A DNA stretch of 64,000 bases from Candidatus Aminicenantes bacterium (GCA_011049545.1 DRHQ01000161.1:17032-81031), one strand, 5' to 3'; positions 25,020 through 34,780 are shown, counted from the first letter of the stretch. The notes: generated by a model from the sequence alone, not told the origin. Numbers and translations are program-made.

Positions 25020-26191
25020 TGATTATCCCAAAATTGGCACTCCGGAATTTGCTGGGAGCGGGACTCAGGACCTGGTTGAATGTGGTGGTGCTGTCCCTTT
25101 CTTTCGTGCTCATCATCTGGCTTCAGGGCTTGTATATAGGAATGGGCGATCAAATCAAAGAAGCCCAAATCGATGTTGACTACGGGGGGGGCCAGTACTG
25201 GCATGAAAGTTATGATCCCTATGACCCTCTCACACTGGAGGATGCCCATGGAGCCGTTCCCGATCCCATACAGAATAAAATCGACAAGGGTGAAGCAACG
25301 CCCATTCTTATAGCTCAAGCGACAATTTATCCTGAAGGCCGTCTGCAGGTTATTCTCCTTAAAGGGATCGATCCTGCACAGACGGTGGTTAATTTCCCCT
25401 CACAATTTCTGGTCCAGGAAAATGGCGAAATTCCTGCTCTGATTGGAACCCGGATGGCAAAAAGCGCGGGATTAAAAATTGGGGATAAGGTCATCGTGCG
25501 CTGGCGGGATGCGCAGGGGACCTTTGATGCCAGGGACGTCTACATCGCGCAGATCATGAAAACCATTGTCCCTGCGGTCGATCAGAGCCAGATATGGATC
25601 CCTCTTGAGACAATGAGAGAATTGATGGGAATGCAAAACGAGGCGAGTCTTGTGGTTATGGCCAAGGATATCGAAGAATTGCCTGTTGTCTCAGGATGGA
25701 ATTTTAAGTCATTAAAATTCCTGCTTGCAGACGTTGAATACCTGATTAAGACAAAAAAAACCGGTGGTTCGATCATATACATGTTCTTGCTCTTGCTCGC
25801 CATGCTGGCTATCTTCAACACACAGGTTTTATCCATTTTCCGTCGCAAAAAAGAAATGGGCTCTATGATGGCCATGGGCTTTACCAGGGGCAAAATTATT
25901 CAGCTATTCACCCTGGAAGGAGCGTTCCATTCCGTTTTGGCAGGAATCGTTGCCGCTATTTATGGGATTCCGTTTCTGGTCTGGTTTGCTAAGAAAGGCT
26001 GGGCCATGCCAGAGGGTTACGACGACTTCGGTATTGCGCTGGGAGAAAAGCTTTTTCCCATTTACACTGCAGGTTTGGTGTTTGGAACCGTGATGCTGAT
26101 CCTGATTGTCACCACAATCGTCAGTTTCCTGCCCACGCGTAAAATCGCTAAACTCAAACCTACCGATGCGTTGAGAGGAAGGTTGTCATGA
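25019..26191 (+). CDS. ABC transporter permease, FtsX-like
   Basis: 390 aa. N-terminal TM helix, large extracytoplasmic domain, three C-terminal TM helices. Start overlaps the upstream stop. Confidence 0.85.
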   Translation: MIIPKLALRNLLGAGLRTWLNVVVLSLSFVLIIWLQGLYIGMGDQIKEAQIDVDYGGGQYWHESYDPYDPLTLEDAHGAVPDPIQNKIDKGEATPILIAQATIYPEGRLQVILLKGIDPAQTVVNFPSQFLVQENGEIPALIGTRMAKSAGLKIGDKVIVRWRDAQGTFDARDVYIAQIMKTIVPAVDQSQIWIPLETMRELMGMQNEASLVVMAKDIEELPVVSGWNFKSLKFLLADVEYLIKTKKTGGSIIYMFLLLLAMLAIFNTQVLSIFRRKKEMGSMMAMGFTRGKIIQLFTLEGAFHSVLAGIVAAIYGIPFLVWFAKKGWAMPEGYDDFGIALGEKLFPIYTAGLVFGTVMLILIVTTIVSFLPTRKIAKLKPTDALRGRLS

Positions 26192-27462
26192 TCAAATTCA
26201 TATTCAAAGGAATAATCCGCGACCGGTCCCGCTTTTTATTTCCTGTTTTGACCATAACCTTCGGAGTGGCACTTTCAGTCCTGGGCTACTGCTATTTTAG
26301 CGGAGTTATGACCAGCTGGATTCAGACCAGTGCTAAATTTGAATCCGGGCATTTAAAGATCATGTCCCGGGCTTATGCTGAAATCGCCGACCAGGTGCCA
26401 AATGATCTGGCCTTCATCGGCGCCAAAAATCTTACTGCAGATCTAAAAAAGGATTTCCCCGAACTCATTTTCGTCAACAGAATCCGGTTTGGAGGGCTTT
26501 TTGATGTCCCCGATGAAAACGGAGAGACAAAGGCTCAAGGTCCTGTGATGGGACTTGCCGTAGACCTTCTTTCCGAAGAGAGCCCGGAGAGGGAAATGTT
26601 AAATCTTGAAAACGCGGTGGTGCGAGGGCGTCTGCCTGAAAAACATGGAGAAATGCTGATAAGCGATGAATTCGCCCGCCGCTTGAATGTTCAACTTGGA
26701 CAGTCCGCGACTCTCATCGGATCGACGATGTATGGAAATATGGCGACTGCAAACTTCACGGTCGTCGGAACTCTTCGCTTCGGTATTGCAGCCATGGACC
26801 GCGGGACCATGGTGGCAGACATAGCCGATATCCAGGCGGCTCTGGATATGGAAGATGCTGCAGGGGAGATCTTGGTTTTCTTCAATGACTATGTCTACCG
26901 GGAAGAAGAGGCCGAAATCATCGCCGAAACGTTCAATGCAAAATATTCCGATGAAAACGATGAGTTTTCACCAGTGATGAATTCTCTCAGCAGCCAGGGA
27001 GGGATGGCAGACACCATGGGCATGGTGGACTCCATGATGGGTATAATGATTTTCTCTTTTATCGCCATTATGTCTATTGTTCTGTGGAACGCTGGATTGG
27101 TGGGCAGCCTCAGACGCTATGGAGAGATCGGTGTGCGCCTGGCTATGGGAGAAAGCAAAGGACATCTTTACCGGTCTATGATCACAGAATCCTTGATGAT
27201 CGGGGCTGTCGGTTCAATCATTGGGACTGCCTTAGGCCTGGCATTCTCCTATTATCTTCAGGTCAAAGGAATAAATATTGGAAGCATGATGCAGAATGCC
27301 TCCATGATGATAAATGACGTTATAAGGGCGAAAGTCACCCCCTTCAGTTTTGTGATCGGGTTTATCCCCGGCCTTATAGCCACATTTCTCGGGACATCCA
27401 TCTCCGGCATTGGCATTTATAAACGACAGACATCCCAATTGATTAAGGAGTTGGAAGTATGA
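26188..27462 (+). CDS. ABC transporter permease, FtsX-like (second copy)
   Basis: 424 aa with the same architecture as the first permease. 4-nt overlap with the upstream gene. Confidence 0.85.
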   Translation: MIKFIFKGIIRDRSRFLFPVLTITFGVALSVLGYCYFSGVMTSWIQTSAKFESGHLKIMSRAYAEIADQVPNDLAFIGAKNLTADLKKDFPELIFVNRIRFGGLFDVPDENGETKAQGPVMGLAVDLLSEESPEREMLNLENAVVRGRLPEKHGEMLISDEFARRLNVQLGQSATLIGSTMYGNMATANFTVVGTLRFGIAAMDRGTMVADIADIQAALDMEDAAGEILVFFNDYVYREEEAEIIAETFNAKYSDENDEFSPVMNSLSSQGGMADTMGMVDSMMGIMIFSFIAIMSIVLWNAGLVGSLRRYGEIGVRLAMGESKGHLYRSMITESLMIGAVGSIIGTALGLAFSYYLQVKGINIGSMMQNASMMINDVIRAKVTPFSFVIGFIPGLIATFLGTSISGIGIYKRQTSQLIKELEV

Positions 27463-28205
27463 AAAGAATCATATGCTATATAAGTTTTGTTTGCCTGTTG
27501 ACAGCTGCTGTCACGGCTCAAGAACCACCATCTGGAGAAGACATCCTCAAACAAGTGGATGCCAATATCGGTTCGGATAACAAGATATCTGTTGCCGAGA
27601 TGACCATCCATGGACGTCGGGGAAGCCGGACGGTCAAGTCAAAATCATGGCTTCGAGGACAAGACGAGTCTTTCACCGAATACCTTGCCCCAGCCCGCGA
27701 AAAAGGAACCAAGATGCTTAAACTCGGCGATCAGTTGTGGATATACTTGCCCTCGACGAATCGAACGATAAAAATCTCAGGACACATGATGCGACAGTCT
27801 GTTATGGGATCGGATCTTTCCTACGAAGATATGATGGAAGATCAGGATTTACAAAAGATATATGACGCTCAAGTTGCTGCCGAAGAGGTAATCCTTGAAC
27901 GCCCCTGCTGGGTGCTAGAGCTGACTTCCAAGGGAGGCAATATTGCCTACCATTCAAGGAAAATCTGGGTGGACAAGGAAAGGTTCGTTTCTCTAAGGGA
28001 GGATCGCTTTGCCAGGAGCGGGAAACTTCTCAAGACCTTTGAAGCGAAGGAGGTCAGCCGGATCCAAAACCGTTGGGTTCCGACCCGCATGGTCTTCAAA
28101 GATGTACTTAAAAGTGGGAAGGGCACGGAGTTTATCCTCGAATCCATCGAGTTTAACGCCGACATCCCGGAGCATGTTTTTACTAAAGCATCACTGCGGA
28201 AATAG
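27459..28205 (+). CDS. LolA-like outer membrane lipoprotein-sorting protein
   Basis: 248 aa. Signal peptide. Sequence pattern of the LolA-like family that commonly follows FtsX-type ABC systems. 4-nt overlap with the permease gene. Confidence 0.65.
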   Translation: MKRIICYISFVCLLTAAVTAQEPPSGEDILKQVDANIGSDNKISVAEMTIHGRRGSRTVKSKSWLRGQDESFTEYLAPAREKGTKMLKLGDQLWIYLPSTNRTIKISGHMMRQSVMGSDLSYEDMMEDQDLQKIYDAQVAAEEVILERPCWVLELTSKGGNIAYHSRKIWVDKERFVSLREDRFARSGKLLKTFEAKEVSRIQNRWVPTRMVFKDVLKSGKGTEFILESIEFNADIPEHVFTKASLRK

Positions 28206-28237
28206 AACTTATTTTTTGACTCCCATTTGTATCCTTG

Positions 28238-28371
28238 GGGGTCAGGTCTTGTTTTTTGCATCTCAACTTTTGAAATATAGTAATAAGACGAGAAAAGAGG
28301 GCATCGAAAAGAAATTGCTAGCATTCGCTAAATAATATTATGACAAAAAGCAAAAAACAAGACCTGACCCC
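28238..28371 (-). mobile_element. 134-bp MITE/REPIN-like element (inverted copy of 22862-22995)
   Basis: Perfect 22-bp TIRs at 28238-28259 and 28350-28371. The core aligns without indels to the other copy. It ends 2 nt from the ADH stop codon. Confidence 0.85.
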
Positions 28372-28373
28372 AA

Positions 28374-29510
28374 TTAAGCAGCTTTTTTTAGGATTTCTAA
28401 ATAATCTTCAACTCCTGCCTCTCTCGGATTAGAAGGATTTGAATTATTCTCGAACGACTTTTGGGCAATTTCAGGAAACTGATTCTCTTTTATACCCAAT
28501 TCCTTGAAGGAAGGAATATTCAAAGAGCTGGACAAGAATTTAATCATCCGGATCAATTCCCGTGCTGCAGTCTCGTTATCTTTCTCTTCAACTCCTGCTA
28601 TCTTAGCTATTTCAGCATAGCGATCTTTGGCGACCGGAAGGTTAAACTCCATAACGAAGGGAAGAAAGATTGAGTTGGCAACGCCATGGGGAGTATCAAA
28701 AAGGGAGCCGACAGCTTCAGCTACACAGTGAACAGCCCCGACATCGCTGTTGCAGAAAGCTGGTCCGGCAAGTGTGCTGCCCAGCATTATTTTCTCCCTT
28801 GCCTCTTTATCACCTTTTATATTTCCGTAAGCTCTCTCAAGCGATTCGAAAATGAGCTTCAGGGACTCACGAGCAAAAATATCCGTGAGAAAAGTCGCAG
28901 GTTTTACAGTATAAGCTTCTACCGCATGGGTTAGAGCATCTAAACCGGTTGAGGCAACGAGAGGAGGAGGAAGCGTAATGAGCAGATCAGGGTCGACGAG
29001 AGCCACTGCAGGAAACATATGAGGACCTTTTATGCTCATCTTAAACATCCGTTCGGTGTGGGTTATTACAGAAACCCAGGTCACTTCACTTGCCGTGCCG
29101 CAGGTCGTGGGAATGGCGAGAACCGGAAGAGGAGGTGATTTATATTTTCCCTTTCCTTCATAATCTTCTATTTTACCGGGATTGGTTGCCAGCAAAGCTA
29201 TGGCTTTGGCAGCATCCAGGGAACTCCCTCCGCCGAGACCGATCACCAGATCTGGCTTTATCTTGCGGACTATTTCTCCAGCCCTGTTGATCGTGGTGTG
29301 TTTAGGGTTTTGCTCAACTTCATCGAATACGGGAATCCCCGGAAAATGGCTGAGGGCTTTATCGGCGATGCCTGCTTCTCTAATCCCTTTATCAGTGACC
29401 AGAAAAAGACTGGCATCTTTAAAGTCCTCCTCAACTATTTCTTTAATCCGGGAAATCATACCCGAGCCGAAAAAGATCCTGGTAGGAAGATGAAATCTCA
29501 TTTCAGACAC
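28374..29510 (-). CDS. iron-containing alcohol dehydrogenase
   Basis: 378 aa. GGGSSLDAAKA motif and conserved His cluster (H..E..H). Confidence 0.9.
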   Translation of the reverse strand: MSEMRFHLPTRIFFGSGMISRIKEIVEEDFKDASLFLVTDKGIREAGIADKALSHFPGIPVFDEVEQNPKHTTINRAGEIVRKIKPDLVIGLGGGSSLDAAKAIALLATNPGKIEDYEGKGKYKSPPLPVLAIPTTCGTASEVTWVSVITHTERMFKMSIKGPHMFPAVALVDPDLLITLPPPLVASTGLDALTHAVEAYTVKPATFLTDIFARESLKLIFESLERAYGNIKGDKEAREKIMLGSTLAGPAFCNSDVGAVHCVAEAVGSLFDTPHGVANSIFLPFVMEFNLPVAKDRYAEIAKIAGVEEKDNETAARELIRMIKFLSSSLNIPSFKELGIKENQFPEIAQKSFENNSNPSNPREAGVEDYLEILKKAA

Positions 29511-29513
29511 CTA

Positions 29514-31022
29514 TCATTTTCTGAAATCAAGCGAATCCTGATTGGCCATATCAAGCGTTGCTATAAACAGGAGCTGAGCCAGGTCTTGCATGATTTCTGG
29601 AGTTATCATGTCTACATCATCTTTTGTTATGTGGTAGTAAGAGCGAGATCCGTAGGCGCTGAAGGATATGCTTGGAACGTCTTTCCACATGAAACGGGCT
29701 GCATCGAGCCTTGGCCGAGCTATGTTGGCAAAATAACCAGGATTTACGACACGATGGATATATTTTTGATTTGCCTTTTCAATAAACTTCCAGAACTCAG
29801 GGTAATTTTTTGCGGCTAAGGCTTCTAATTTATCCCCACAGCCAACGCCATCTATGTTAACAAAAGCCAGAGTTTTCTCAAGAGGCACGACAGGATGCTC
29901 GAGGTAATACCCGGACCCGACAATACCTTGCTCTTCAGCACCAAAGCAAAGGAACATCACAGAGCGACGGGGCTTGATGGGGCATTTAGACATAGCCTCT
30001 GCAATTCCCATTATGACTGAGACTGCCGAAGCATTATCACTAGCCCCGGGCATGATTTCATAGCAGCGACCGAGGTGGTCAAGATGCCCGCCCAGAATGA
30101 TCACCTCTTCTTTGAGAACAGGATCAGATCCCTCAAGAATGCCGATTACATTATAGCCAACGCCTTCAGGGTGATGCTCGGTAATATTCTTTATGGTGAA
30201 GGTCTTACCAGTCGCAAAAGACTGAGGCTTTAATGTCTTTTTAATTTTGGCGACAACATTCTTGTGTTTCCGCCCTGTGCCCGAAAAAACATCCGAGACA
30301 ACCGCGCTGCCGACATGGCTGTATATAAAACCTTTGTCGTATGAATTATTCGGATTGGAGATAGGGCCATAGTTATAAAGCATCCCTTTTGCGCCGTGCG
30401 CAACGGCGTTCTCCATTTTATACTGATGGAAGGAATAAGGACGCCATTTCTTGAATAGCTCCGGATCCTTATCAGGAGAAACAGGAGCCTCCCTTTCCAT
30501 CAAAATTATCTTCCCTTTTACATCCACTCCTTTGTAATCGTCATAGCCAAGCTCTGGAGCAGTGGCTCCATAACCGACATAAATGACTTCAGCAGTCACT
30601 TCGCCCGAACCAGAAGTTGAGCCGGGGATGAATTCACTTTCATACTGATAGTACTTTTTTATGGCAGATCCTTTGCTGGGAAGGTGAAGGTAAACCTCGC
30701 AGCCTTTAAAGACCAGAGTATAAGGAATAGGAAATGCCTGTAAGTAGGAGTTCTGGCTTAAGGCAGGAGCAATCCCCCACTTTTTAAAATGAGAAACCAC
30801 CCATTCAGCACTGGCATTGTATTCTTCTGTCCCGGTTAGCCGGCCAGCGTACTTATCAGAAGCTAACTCTTTCACATAATCAAAGAGGTTGTGGCTGGAA
30901 ATAGAATGCATACTCTGAAGAAGTTTTTCCTCTTCTTTCTCTTCTGCTGGTAAGCTCTGGACAGCAAGAAAATAACCAAGGCCCAATAAAAATAAAAAAG
31001 AAAAAAGCTTTTTATTCTTCAT
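29514..31022 (-). CDS. M28 family aminopeptidase with PA domain
   Basis: 502 aa. Signal peptide. GGHLDH and FGAEEQG zinc-ligand motifs. Confidence 0.85.
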   Translation of the reverse strand: MKNKKLFSFLFLLGLGYFLAVQSLPAEEKEEEKLLQSMHSISSHNLFDYVKELASDKYAGRLTGTEEYNASAEWVVSHFKKWGIAPALSQNSYLQAFPIPYTLVFKGCEVYLHLPSKGSAIKKYYQYESEFIPGSTSGSGEVTAEVIYVGYGATAPELGYDDYKGVDVKGKIILMEREAPVSPDKDPELFKKWRPYSFHQYKMENAVAHGAKGMLYNYGPISNPNNSYDKGFIYSHVGSAVVSDVFSGTGRKHKNVVAKIKKTLKPQSFATGKTFTIKNITEHHPEGVGYNVIGILEGSDPVLKEEVIILGGHLDHLGRCYEIMPGASDNASAVSVIMGIAEAMSKCPIKPRRSVMFLCFGAEEQGIVGSGYYLEHPVVPLEKTLAFVNIDGVGCGDKLEALAAKNYPEFWKFIEKANQKYIHRVVNPGYFANIARPRLDAARFMWKDVPSISFSAYGSRSYYHITKDDVDMITPEIMQDLAQLLFIATLDMANQDSLDFRK

Positions 31023-31095
31023 CTTGACCTCCTCTCCATTTTTCTCCTTTTATGTTATGATAAATTTTGAAAAAGTAAAGGAAATATAAGTTCAA

Positions 31096-32310
31096 TTGAA
31101 AAGAATTGCCATTCCTGTCTTTCTTTTCCTTTTATTGGCCCTGCCCTGTGCTAAAAACCTCTTATGTCTTAAACAGGAAAAAGAGTCCTATTCTCAAAAA
31201 AAAGACGCCCCTACTATGGAGAAGGATCTTTTTAATCTGGTTAACATAGAAAGGCAAAAACTTGATCTCGCCCCAGTTATATTTTCTCCGCCTCTGCGCC
31301 TTCATGCGCGAAAACACAGCCAGAATATGGCTCTTCGCGGAGATATATCTCATCTTTCAACCTCTGGCGAAACCTACAGCGAGCGTCTGGTGGAAGGAGG
31401 ATTCTATTTTATAAAAAGTGGAGAGAACGTAGCTTACAGCGAAACGTTTATATCTGAGTTCATCCACCAAGGTTTCATGGACAGTCCCGGGCACAGGGCA
31501 AATATTGTGGATCCGGACTTTGATGAATTAGGAATCGGAGTAGTCTTCATAAAGGATAAGGGATATTACGTTACTCAGGATTTCATCCGAGCCCTGGCAC
31601 CTAAGGGGAGAATAGAGGCAGAAGTGGAAGTCGAAGAGAATATAAATAGGATAAGACGGGTGAATTCTCTTCCTCCTATTTTGTTCTTAGCAGAAGCTAA
31701 TAGATTTGCTCAACAATGCTCGACAAATGAAGCTAAAGATAGGTCTCGTCCGCCCATTCCATCTCATTTTGGAGAAACCCACGTTTTTTATAGCAGGACT
31801 CCTTCCTTTGATCATGTTTATTCTAAGTACAAAGATAAACTTTTAGATAAGAATTATGAGACTGCAGGCTTGGGGATTGATTTTAGCCGTCATGAAAAAT
31901 CCCCTGGGGGCGCTTATTTTATTACTCTACTCCTCTTCCCAGAAAGTGAGTATAAGTCAAGGAGTAATAAAGATCTTAAGGAGATTGTCCTCAGCACTAT
32001 AAATAATACAAGAAAGAACAAGGGTCTTCTCCTCTTGAAAGAGGATATAGGGCTCGCAACCAATGCAAAGAAAGCATTAAAAATGATCTACGCCCAGAAG
32101 AATACTTCATCAATAGCCATACCGAGATTCGGGAGAGCAGTAGTAATCTCCTACGTCACAGAAAACCCTACCCTTTTACCCGGGGGATTAAAATCACAAT
32201 TTGAAGAGAATTTTATCTACTATAAAAGAATCGGGATAGGCATTCGCTTCGAAAAAGATTCTAAATATCCAAGAGGCGCTTTCTGGGTAGTTATTCTTAT
32301 CATGGAGTAA
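31096..32310 (+). CDS. CAP (SCP/PR1-like) domain protein, tandem domains
   Basis: 404 aa. Signal peptide. N-terminal CAP motifs (..HSQNMA.., GENVAY, SPGHRANI). A second, more degenerate CAP-like half. Confidence 0.7.
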   Translation: MKRIAIPVFLFLLLALPCAKNLLCLKQEKESYSQKKDAPTMEKDLFNLVNIERQKLDLAPVIFSPPLRLHARKHSQNMALRGDISHLSTSGETYSERLVEGGFYFIKSGENVAYSETFISEFIHQGFMDSPGHRANIVDPDFDELGIGVVFIKDKGYYVTQDFIRALAPKGRIEAEVEVEENINRIRRVNSLPPILFLAEANRFAQQCSTNEAKDRSRPPIPSHFGETHVFYSRTPSFDHVYSKYKDKLLDKNYETAGLGIDFSRHEKSPGGAYFITLLLFPESEYKSRSNKDLKEIVLSTINNTRKNKGLLLLKEDIGLATNAKKALKMIYAQKNTSSIAIPRFGRAVVISYVTENPTLLPGGLKSQFEENFIYYKRIGIGIRFEKDSKYPRGAFWVVILIME

Positions 32311-32313
32311 AAA

Positions 32314-33534
32314 ATGTCGAAAATATCAAGAAGGAATTTTTTGCTAATCTCAGGAATAGGCTCAACTTCTCTTTATGCTCATGCCATAGATAGGCGGAGA
32401 ACTCTTCAGAAATCTCGGGGAAAATCGGCTGCGCAGCAAACCTGTGATCCGTGGATTGAACTAAATCTGGAAAATATGACCTGGAACCTGAGCCAAATAA
32501 GGAAGGTAGCCAAAGTGCCTGTAATGGCTGTAATAAAAGCTAATGCTTACGGTCATGGATTAGTCAAGATAGGAAGACACCTGGAAGAGGCCGGCATTGC
32601 TCATCTTATGGTAGGTAAGCTGCAGGAAGCCCTTTTGTTGAGGGAAAAGGGAGTTTCCACTCCTGTCCTAAATTTTGGTCCTTTCGGCAGCGGGAATGCT
32701 AAGATAATCGTTCAGAACAATATCTCTCAATCCGTGTTTAACAAAAATGTCTTGAGCCTCAGCGAGGCTGCCCTCAAGCTTGGAAAGCAGGCTAAAGTCC
32801 ATATCCATGTGGATACAGGCATGGGAAGAATGGGAATTTCCTACAAAGATGCTCTTCCTTATATAAAAACTGTCTCTTCGCTGAAGGGAATTCTGGTAGA
32901 GGGTATCTCGACAGCCTTGACCGAAGATGACGATTTTGACAAAGAACAGCTCAAGCGATTTATGAACATTTGTAAACAAGCAGAAAAAGAAGGGATTTCT
33001 TTAGGGCTTAAACATGCTGCAAGCAGTGATGGAACCCTGGACTTACCCTCTTCCCATCTCGATATGGTGAGGCCGGGGATAGCGCTTTATGGTTACTACC
33101 CTTCGGAGAAAACTCAGAAGGAAGACAGACTCGCCCTTAAGCCCGTTCTTCAACTAAAATGCCGGGTTGTGGACGTTAAAACTCTCCATCCCGGAGATTC
33201 CGTATCCTACCACCGAAAATACACCGCCCAAAAGATGGAAAAAATCGCCATTATTCCTGTAGGCTATTCAGACGGCTACCCTCACCATGTCGTCAATAAG
33301 GCTTTTGTTTTAATCAAGGGAAAAAGATTTCCTCTGATTGCTGCTGTTACTGCCAACCACTGCGCTGCCCTTCTGGAAGAAAACACGCCCGTTTCTCCCA
33401 GAGATGAAGTCGTTCTGCTCGGCAATCAGGGAAAAGAGAAAATTACGGCAGAGGAAATCGCCGGCTGGGCAGAAGTTTCATCTTACAAAATATTGATCAG
33501 CCTCAGCCCCTTCCTACCAAAAATAACAATATAA
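32314..33534 (+). CDS. alr: alanine racemase family protein with Tat signal peptide
   Basis: 406 aa. SRRNFLL twin-arginine motif with an AHA cleavage site. PLP-lysine motif AVIKANAYGHG. Confidence 0.85.
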   Translation: MSKISRRNFLLISGIGSTSLYAHAIDRRRTLQKSRGKSAAQQTCDPWIELNLENMTWNLSQIRKVAKVPVMAVIKANAYGHGLVKIGRHLEEAGIAHLMVGKLQEALLLREKGVSTPVLNFGPFGSGNAKIIVQNNISQSVFNKNVLSLSEAALKLGKQAKVHIHVDTGMGRMGISYKDALPYIKTVSSLKGILVEGISTALTEDDDFDKEQLKRFMNICKQAEKEGISLGLKHAASSDGTLDLPSSHLDMVRPGIALYGYYPSEKTQKEDRLALKPVLQLKCRVVDVKTLHPGDSVSYHRKYTAQKMEKIAIIPVGYSDGYPHHVVNKAFVLIKGKRFPLIAAVTANHCAALLEENTPVSPRDEVVLLGNQGKEKITAEEIAGWAEVSSYKILISLSPFLPKITI

Positions 33535-33537
33535 TAT

Positions 33538-33865
33538 TGTAGGGGCTTGATTCTTATGTATGTATTCTTCTGTAGGGGCTTGATTCATCAAGCCCACCTG
33601 TCGATTCCGTATCGATTGATTAATGAAATCCAAATTGATTGTATGGATTTGATTCTTCTGTAGGGGCTTGATTCATCAAGCCCACCTGTTTGAATATATC
33701 AATAAACTGAACGGTTTTAATTTTTCTTATATATACATTTGGTTTTTCTTCTGTATGGATTCTCCTGTAGGGGCTTGATTCATCAAGCCCACCTGTTTGA
33801 ATATATCAATAAACTGAACGGTTCTGATCCTTCTCATGTATGGATTCTTCTGTAGGGGTTTGAGA
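33538..33865 (+). repeat. tandem array of GTAG-hairpin (REP-like) elements
   Basis: Three full copies with GTAG followed by GGGCTTGA-TTCA-TCAAGCCC (hairpins 33576-33595, 33664-33683, 33771-33790), plus two partial copies. Period 85-107 bp. Confidence 0.9.
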
Positions 33866-33940
33866 AAAAAGTAGCCTGTCCCCTTTTTTTATGATATCTT
33901 GATTTCGCCAATTCTGTAAAACATCATTAAGGAGAATTTC

Positions 33941-34528
33941 ATGTTTAAAAAGCTTTTTTTGATCATTTCAATATTGGGGGTGCTCATGGCCTTTGCAACA
34001 ACAATCCAAGCTAACAAGACCAATCCAAAAGTAATCATGAAAACAAGCATGGGAGATATAACCATCGAACTCTATCCAGATAAAGCTCCCATAACTGTCA
34101 AGAATTTTTTCTCCTACGTTGATGAGAAATTCTTTGATGGAACAATATTTCACCGGGTGATGAAAGGATTCATGATTCAGGGTGGCGGACTAACCCCGGA
34201 TTTTACAGAAAAATCAACCAAGCCTACCATAAAGAACGAAGCTGCGAATAAGCTAAAAAACAAAAGAGGAACGATTGCCATGGCTCGAATGCCTGACAAA
34301 GACAGTGCCACTTCCCAGTTCTTTATAAACCACGTGGACAATCCTGGCCTGGATCACAGAAACAATACTCCTGAAGGATACGGGTATGCTGTCTTCGGAA
34401 AAGTTATAAATGGCATGGACGTCGTTGATGCCATAGCTAACGTTACAATAATGACAAAAAGCGGCCGGGCGAATGTTCCGAAGGAAACCATAACCATTAT
34501 CTCCATCCGCCGGGTGGAAAACGATTAG
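33941..34528 (+). CDS. ppiA: peptidyl-prolyl cis-trans isomerase (cyclophilin type), secreted
   Basis: 195 aa. Signal peptide. FHRV..GFMIQGG and QFFI motifs. Confidence 0.9.
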   Translation: MFKKLFLIISILGVLMAFATTIQANKTNPKVIMKTSMGDITIELYPDKAPITVKNFFSYVDEKFFDGTIFHRVMKGFMIQGGGLTPDFTEKSTKPTIKNEAANKLKNKRGTIAMARMPDKDSATSQFFINHVDNPGLDHRNNTPEGYGYAVFGKVINGMDVVDAIANVTIMTKSGRANVPKETITIISIRRVEND

Positions 34529-34582
34529 TTTTTTGGCTGATAATTCCGTCATCTTCGGAGTTCCGAACTTCTCCTGACTGCA

Positions 34583-34780
34583 ATGTTCGACTGGATATTC
34601 ACCTTCTTTCACCTTTTTGCTTTCCTTGCTACTTTTGTTTATGCTGTCTACTCTCTCCTTCAAGGAGATGTTTCAAGATTCATCCTTCTTATTATTCTTT
34701 TAGGCTCTTGGTACTTTTTCATGCTCCATTCTGCGGTAATAAAGGAAATCCAAAGAAAAAAGAATAAAAAAAAGACTTGA
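34583..34780 (+). CDS. possible small membrane protein
   Basis: 65-aa ORF with two hydrophobic helices and a lysine-rich tail. No clear SD. Confidence 0.3.
   Translation: MFDWIFTFFHLFAFLATFVYAVYSLLQGDVSRFILLIILLGSWYFFMLHSAVIKEIQRKKNKKKT

Noticed and set aside
33690-33712. IHF-like site (ATCAATAAACTGA) inside the hairpin repeat tail, by analogy with IHF sites in E. coli BIMEs
   Set aside because: It only partly matches WATCAANNNNTTR. Some copies of the unit read ATAAATAAACTG instead, so the putative site is not conserved.
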